DNA of 64,000 nucleotides from Gammaproteobacteria bacterium (lineage in GTDB: Bacteria > Pseudomonadota > Gammaproteobacteria > Eutrophobiales > Eutrophobiaceae): contig CANKCB010000002.1 in assembly GCA_947480335.1 (NCBI GenBank), positions 30,976 through 94,975 on the forward strand. Direction: 5' to 3'. A program made the translations under genes and the position numbers. Shown in pieces: positions 59,265-64,000 of this stretch. The notes beneath the pieces are model-generated. The model made no database searches and was not told the origin of the DNA. It worked only from the letters and a program-made list of their open reading frames with translations. Positions within the stretch are counted from its first letter, which is position 1. Every line of letters starts with the position of its first letter.

Positions 59265-60527
59265 ATGTATTTCTTCTACACAAGCGCACTTTATCTGCTG
59301 GTACCTTTGGTACTGGTCAGATTGCTGTGGCTGGGTAAGAAAAACCCGGCCTATCACCTGCGTTGGCGGGAGCGCTTTGGTTATGTGACAGGTCTGGAAG
59401 GTAACAAACCTATAATCTGGATCCATGCTGTATCCGTTGGCGAAATACAGGCATCCCGACCGCTGGTTGAATACCTGAACCAGCATTATCCTGATTACCA
59501 GATTCTGGTCACTACCGTAACGCCGACAGGTGCCGCGACTGCTGCACAGATTTATGGTGGAATCATCCAGCACCGTTATTTTCCCTATGATCTCCCGGGT
59601 GCGGTGAAACGTTTTTTGGCAACTGTTAACCCCGTAATTTTATTAATTCTGGAAACCGAAATCTGGCCGAATCTGTATAGACAATGTCGCGCAGCCGATA
59701 TACCGGTTTTGCTGTTGAATGCCAGGTTGTCCGAACGGTCATTGAGGGGATACCGGCTATTGAAATCATTGACCCAGCAAACCTTGCAGGACACCCGTTG
59801 TATTGCTGCACAATCCACTGCTGATGCTAAGCGTTTTATAGAGGCCGGTGCACCGGCAGATCGCGTGATGGTGATGGGCAACCTGAAATTTGATATCAGC
59901 ATTGCGGCCAGTGTGGTTGAACAGGGCGTTGTTATACGTCAGAAATTTATGGTTAATCGACCGATCTGGATTGCGGCCAGCACCCATCAGGGGGAAGAGT
60001 CGCTCTTGTTAGATGCGTTGACCATCGTACGGCAGAACTTGCCAGACAGCTTGCTGGTCATTGCACCACGTCATCCTGAACGGTTCCAGTCTGTTATTGA
60101 TTTGTGTGTAAAACGCGGTTTCCATACGGTCAGTTATACCCAACAGGATTCGTATGACCCGAATGCACAAGTATTTGTACTTGATACACTCGGACAACTA
60201 CTCATGTACTACGCGGCAGCTGATATTGCATTTGTCGGTGGTAGTCTGGTTCCTGTAGGAGGGCATAATATGCTCGAACCTGCCTGTCTCGGATTGCCCG
60301 TGCTGACAGGATCCTATTTATTTAACTTTACTGAAATAGCTTCATTGCTTGCCAATGTGGACGCGCTGATTCAGGTAACGAGTGCTGAACAACTGGCGAG
60401 CAAAGTGCTCGAATTATTCAGTGATGGAAACCAGCGCTATAATATGGGCTTGCGAGCTAAGCAGGTAGTGCTGGAAAATCAGGGTAGTATCAATAAAGTC
60501 GACCGTCTGTTAAAACAGTATCTGTGA
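59265..60527 (+). CDS. waaA: 3-deoxy-D-manno-octulosonic acid (Kdo) transferase
   Basis: 420 aa: IWIHAVSVGEIQASRPL, ETEIWPNL, GGSLVPVGGHNMLEPA. Confidence 0.92.
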   Translation: MYFFYTSALYLLVPLVLVRLLWLGKKNPAYHLRWRERFGYVTGLEGNKPIIWIHAVSVGEIQASRPLVEYLNQHYPDYQILVTTVTPTGAATAAQIYGGIIQHRYFPYDLPGAVKRFLATVNPVILLILETEIWPNLYRQCRAADIPVLLLNARLSERSLRGYRLLKSLTQQTLQDTRCIAAQSTADAKRFIEAGAPADRVMVMGNLKFDISIAASVVEQGVVIRQKFMVNRPIWIAASTHQGEESLLLDALTIVRQNLPDSLLVIAPRHPERFQSVIDLCVKRGFHTVSYTQQDSYDPNAQVFVLDTLGQLLMYYAAADIAFVGGSLVPVGGHNMLEPACLGLPVLTGSYLFNFTEIASLLANVDALIQVTSAEQLASKVLELFSDGNQRYNMGLRAKQVVLENQGSINKVDRLLKQYL

Positions 60528-60544
60528 TGGGTTGTCCTGATAGT

Positions 60545-61924
60545 TTATTCCAGTAATTGCAGTATTTGTTGTACGCGAGTGTATTTCTCTCTGGGTTTAC
60601 CTGTTGCCAGACCACGTGCAATTTCCAGTTGATCGATTCGTTTCCAGTCATCGAAATTGACTACCCTGACACCGTTTGTCGTCAGCACTTCAAGAGCATC
60701 TGTATTCACATTTGTACAATCCGCGAATACCGAGTTGTCCAGATCAGTCAGTAAGGCTGCTACGGTTGCAACACTGTCAGCGCGGTTGGTGCCGATAATC
60801 CCTGAGGGTCCACGCTTAATCCAGCCGGCCACATACATCCGCGGAACAGGGGTTATCCCGTTAATAATTCGACCCTCCTGATTCGGTATCACCCCACGTT
60901 TTTCATCAAAGGGGACGCCGGGGACAGGTTTACCCTTGTAGCCGATGCTGCGAAATACAATACCGGCCTGCAATTCAATAATATGGCCTGTACCTTTGGC
61001 GGACTGGTTAAATGCCGCGCCTTCGAGTTGATTCTGCTCAAGACGGACTGTTTCAACCCTTTGGTTACCCAGTAACGCTACCGGGCTTTTCAGAAAGCTG
61101 AAGTGAACACGGCGTTTGTTATTGGAAGGTTGTGCGTGGCTGGAAAATTCGGTAAACAATTCGTAGATCTTCTTGTTGCTGACATTGGTTTTTTCCTCAA
61201 GCTCGTTCACGCTGGATGGATTTAATTCCAGTTCAGAAGCATTCACTGTGGCCACACAATTTTCGAGTTCACCAAACTCCTTCAGTTCTTTCGAGGTAAA
61301 TTTAGCCTGTGCAGGGCCACGGCGACCAATGACATAAATATCGCGTATACGGCTGGTAGCTAAAACCTCAAGCGCATGTTCGGCAATGTCCGTAGCTCTC
61401 AATTCATCGCAGGTTTTTGCCAGAATACGGCTCACATCTGCTGCGACATTGCCCTGTCCGAAGATGACAGCCGTTTCATGTGAGAGGTCAAAAATTTTGT
61501 CCCGGTAGTCCGGATGGCCGTTATACCAGCCAACGAATTCGGTAGCGGTATGGCTGCCTGGAAGCTCCTCGCCTGGTATCCCCAGTCGGCGATCAGATTC
61601 TGCACCACAGGTAAAGATGATGGCATGATAGAGGGATTGTAACTGTTGGACCGCTATGTCCTTACCCACTGTAACATTGGCGAACAGACGAAAGGCGGGG
61701 TTTTCGGCAATGTTGGCATACACCTGTATCGCCTGTTTCAGTTTTGGATGATCGGGTGCAACACCACTGCGTACCAGGCCATACGGCACGGGTAATCGTT
61801 CGTACATATCAACTTGTACACTCAGACCGGATTTAAACAAGGCTTCAGTTGCATAAAATCCGCTGGGACCACTGCCAACAATGGCGACTTTCAATGGTCG
61901 CTGATCGGTACCTGGTTTATTCAT
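60545..61924 (-). CDS. NADPH:ferredoxin (adrenodoxin-type, FprA-like) reductase
   Basis: 459 aa: VAIVGSGPSGFYA, YERLPVPYGLVRSGVAPDHPKLK, and a second dinucleotide-binding motif VIFGQGNVAADV. Confidence 0.85.
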   Translation of the reverse strand: MNKPGTDQRPLKVAIVGSGPSGFYATEALFKSGLSVQVDMYERLPVPYGLVRSGVAPDHPKLKQAIQVYANIAENPAFRLFANVTVGKDIAVQQLQSLYHAIIFTCGAESDRRLGIPGEELPGSHTATEFVGWYNGHPDYRDKIFDLSHETAVIFGQGNVAADVSRILAKTCDELRATDIAEHALEVLATSRIRDIYVIGRRGPAQAKFTSKELKEFGELENCVATVNASELELNPSSVNELEEKTNVSNKKIYELFTEFSSHAQPSNNKRRVHFSFLKSPVALLGNQRVETVRLEQNQLEGAAFNQSAKGTGHIIELQAGIVFRSIGYKGKPVPGVPFDEKRGVIPNQEGRIINGITPVPRMYVAGWIKRGPSGIIGTNRADSVATVAALLTDLDNSVFADCTNVNTDALEVLTTNGVRVVNFDDWKRIDQLEIARGLATGKPREKYTRVQQILQLLE

Positions 61925-61991
61925 ACCCCTCCCGTATGAGTGATGGCAGGGGAGTCTGGACCCACCCGCCAGACTAGTGGTTCAGACTGCT

Positions 61992-62297
61992 TCAGAATCC
62001 GAGAGCTGCCTTGCGTTCCAGTGCGCCAGGCAATGGCTCCATCGGATCTGAACAACCGGGTAACTGTGGAGCCCGGGTGGCATTGATTTCTATCCAATGT
62101 TTCTTGTCCTCTGGTAGATCATCTTCCTCGAAGATAGCCTGTACCGGACATTCTGGTATACAGGCACTACAGTCGATACAGACGTTGGGATCGATGTAGA
62201 GCATGTCGTCATCATAGTGGAAGCATTCAACCGGACAGACGGCAACACAATCGGTGAAACGGCATTTCTGGCAGTTATCGGTAACAACAGTAGTCAT
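61992..62297 (-). CDS. fdxA: 7Fe ferredoxin (Azotobacter FdxA type)
   Basis: 101 aa: TTVVTDNCQKCRFTDCVAVCPVECF...CIDCSACIPECP. Confidence 0.92.
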   Translation of the reverse strand: MTTVVTDNCQKCRFTDCVAVCPVECFHYDDDMLYIDPNVCIDCSACIPECPVQAIFEEDDLPEDKKHWIEINATRAPQLPGCSDPMEPLPGALERKAALGF

Positions 62298-63108
62298 CGT
62301 GTCTTCCTCATGCTTGTGAATTCTATACCAATGTCTGATGCTGCATGTTTAATCACCAGGTTACTGATCCCTTCATGGAATCCGAGAGGCTGGTATTGCT
62401 TTACATACACTAACATTGTAACCAGAGTCATCAGACAACCGTATGATTTCATCCTAGTATATGTCAGCCCCTACCGACTGACTACAAACGGTTATATACG
62501 CTCTGGCCTGCTCAAGAGGAAGCTGCTGTACCGGATCGAAATACGGGTGCTCGCTGGGGCATGAATATGCTGCACAGGCTTGTCCTGATTGCGTTTAGGA
62601 CATGCTGGTATCAGATATGCAGGTTTTTACAGTACATTCTGGTCTGTCGCCATTTGGCAACATCATTTGCCTGTTTTTTTACTTAATGTTATTTCGAGAA
62701 AAAGTAATATTTATGATTAAAAACAATAGTATAAAATACATTACTATTTCTGTTTCAATCTGCTTGGACAAGGCTCACATTTTAACGTACATTTGAGTCC
62801 GGAAGTAAGACAGAGGGTGGTAACAGCACATCCTCGATTTGAAACCGAACTGTCAAGTTCACAGTGCAACGTGAACTGAGTTAACAGGTAGTAGCAGGCA
62901 GATCGACGGTCGGTTCAACAGGAACGTTACGCATCAAGACTAACAGCGTATACCTTCCAAAATCAGACTTAAGCAAACAGATAGTACTAAAAGATGCATG
63001 GTCTTTCGGGAGCTTGACTCCGGAAAAACTGTCATACCAGGAAACTAAAATAACTATAACGATACCTGGCTCCGGTTGGATGGATGAAACCAACCAAACA
63101 ACGACACA

Positions 63109-63136
63109 CCCCGGTTCATACCGGGGATTTTTTTTT
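63109..63136 (+). terminator. orphan plus-strand rho-independent terminator with no plus-strand gene upstream
   Basis: CCCCGG-ttcata-CCGGGG, then A and T9. Confidence 0.75.
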
Positions 63137-63169
63137 CTGCAGATTAGTCGTTGGCAGAGATAACTGCGC

Positions 63170-63218
63170 TGGAAAAAGAAGGCCTGGTATCAGAAAGTAT
63201 GGCTGGATAGATACCAGG
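63170..63218 (-). terminator. candidate nrdB terminator
   Basis: On the minus strand, CCTGGTATC-18 nt-GATACCAGG is followed by CCTTCTTTTTCC. The loop is large, so the call is tentative. Confidence 0.35.
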
Positions 63219-63264
63219 CAATAGCCAGAATCCTTTCTGGCTGGATGCATTGAATAACTCTGAC

Positions 63265-64000
63265 CTACTCCCAGCTGAGCGAACCACCCGTCTGATATTC
63301 GGTAACGCGAGTCTCAAAGAAATTTTTCTCTTTCTTTAAATCCATGATTTCACTCATCCACGGGAACGGGTTGCTGACCTTGGGATACAGCTCAGCCAGA
63401 CCAATCTGAGCGCAACGACGGTTGGCGATGAACTGCAGATATTCTTCAAACATCTTGCTGTTCAGACCGAGAACACCGCGCGGCATACTGTCATAGGCGT
63501 AACGTGTCTCCAGTTCAACTGCGTCACGGATGATTTTGCTGATTTCCTGACGGAAATCGGCCGTCCACAGATGCTGATTTTCAATCTTGATCTGGTTGAT
63601 AACATCAATACCGAAGTTCATATGCATGGATTCATCCCGCAAGATGTACTGGAACTGTTCGGCACAGCCAGTCATTTTGTTGCGGCGTCCCATTGACAGT
63701 ACCTGAACAAAGCCGACATAGAAGAAGATGCCTTCAAAGATGACATAAAACGCAATCAGGTCACGCAGCAGGCGCTGATCATCAGCAGGTGTTCCGGTAC
63801 AGAACGTCGGATCACCCAGGCTCTGGGTAAAGCGCATGGCCCAGGCAGCCTTTTCGTGTATGGCGGGTACTTCGCGGTACATATTGAATACTTCGGCCTC
63901 GTCCAACCCCAGTGATTCAACGCAGTACTGATAGGCATGTGTATGCAGCGCTTCCTCGAAAGCCTGCCGTAACAGATATTGACGACATTCCGGGTTAGTA
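63265..64000 (-). CDS. nrdB: ribonucleotide reductase class I beta subunit (R2), C-terminal part; the gene continues beyond the right edge
   Basis: The minus frame is open from 64000 to TAG at 63265; the track M at 63906 is an internal TTG. It has the metal-site motif EEALHTHAY and further R2-like helices (FFYVGF, ESMHMNF). Confidence 0.9.
   Translation of the reverse strand, partial: TNPECRQYLLRQAFEEALHTHAYQYCVESLGLDEAEVFNMYREVPAIHEKAAWAMRFTQSLGDPTFCTGTPADDQRLLRDLIAFYVIFEGIFFYVGFVQVLSMGRRNKMTGCAEQFQYILRDESMHMNFGIDVINQIKIENQHLWTADFRQEISKIIRDAVELETRYAYDSMPRGVLGLNSKMFEEYLQFIANRRCAQIGLAELYPKVSNPFPWMSEIMDLKKEKNFFETRVTEYQTGGSLSWE

Noticed and set aside
62790-63136. CsrB/RsmZ-type GGA-rich sRNA, or an SRP RNA (GUCCGGAAG motif at about 62796)
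   Set aside because: There are only about 8 GGA triplets in about 340 nt, near random expectation, and few are in obvious loops. The SRP-like motif lacks the flanking complementary arms and the GGAA-tetraloop closing pairs.
62885-63170. Open plus-strand frame of about 95 codons (…TLRIKTNSVYLPKSDL…ITITIPGSGW…) as a pseudogene remnant
   Set aside because: It has no start codon for most of its length, and stops lie at 62840 and 62882 just upstream. It runs through the terminator hairpin, and I recognise no family.
62298-63264. YfaE-like 2Fe-2S ferredoxin gene downstream of nrdB
   Set aside because: No minus-strand ORF with a CxxxxCxxC...C pattern exists here, and the 70-aa ORF at 62881..63093 has no such motif.

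Overview
This 64-kb window looks like a gammaproteobacterial chromosome of moderate GC (judged by eye, not computed). It is densely packed with about 60 genes. Most are core housekeeping operons in Escherichia/Pseudomonas-like order: epmB / efp-epmA; yoaA; rlmJ; aas; mltD; gloB / yafS-like-rnhA-dnaQ; grxD; argD-argF; surE-pcm-nlpD-rpoS; adk; mrcB plus an LpoP-like lipoprotein; an AmmeMemoRadiSam pair; tRNA-fMet-rimP-nusA-infB-rbfA-truB-rpsO-pnp; a P-loop protein-metA-rimO-BASS transporter group; rpsP-rimM-trmD-rplS; ogt-xerD; an MlaE/MlaF/MCE/PqiC-type transporter; a TAXI-TRAP transporter; dsbC; waaA; fdxA-fpr; and the 3' part of nrdB. I saw no rRNA, CRISPR array, IS element, prophage or recognisable defence system, so I cannot claim a clear new multi-gene system here. 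The items most worth a second look are: (1) an unannotated 32-codon poly-lysine microprotein gene built on a perfect 12-bp tandem repeat, with its own promoter and terminator, between adk and mrcB. (2) An MCE protein split by a single in-frame TAA that is followed directly by TTG. (3) A 5'-truncated GspE-type ATPase core next to dsbC, at the edge of an 8.8-kb block that interrupts the usual xerD-dsbC adjacency. (4) A heptamer array of stop plus Shine-Dalgarno-like units starting at the efp stop codon. (5) An uncharacterised P-loop kinase-like gene tightly linked to a long-form MetA. (6) A fused AmmeMemoRadiSam B-A protein. (7) A roughly 1-kb non-coding gap with an orphan terminator between fdxA and nrdB. 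(8) A small orphan module (membrane microprotein, 202-aa orphan, PilZ) flanked by palindromes. All functional calls come from reading motifs in the translations; no database search was run.
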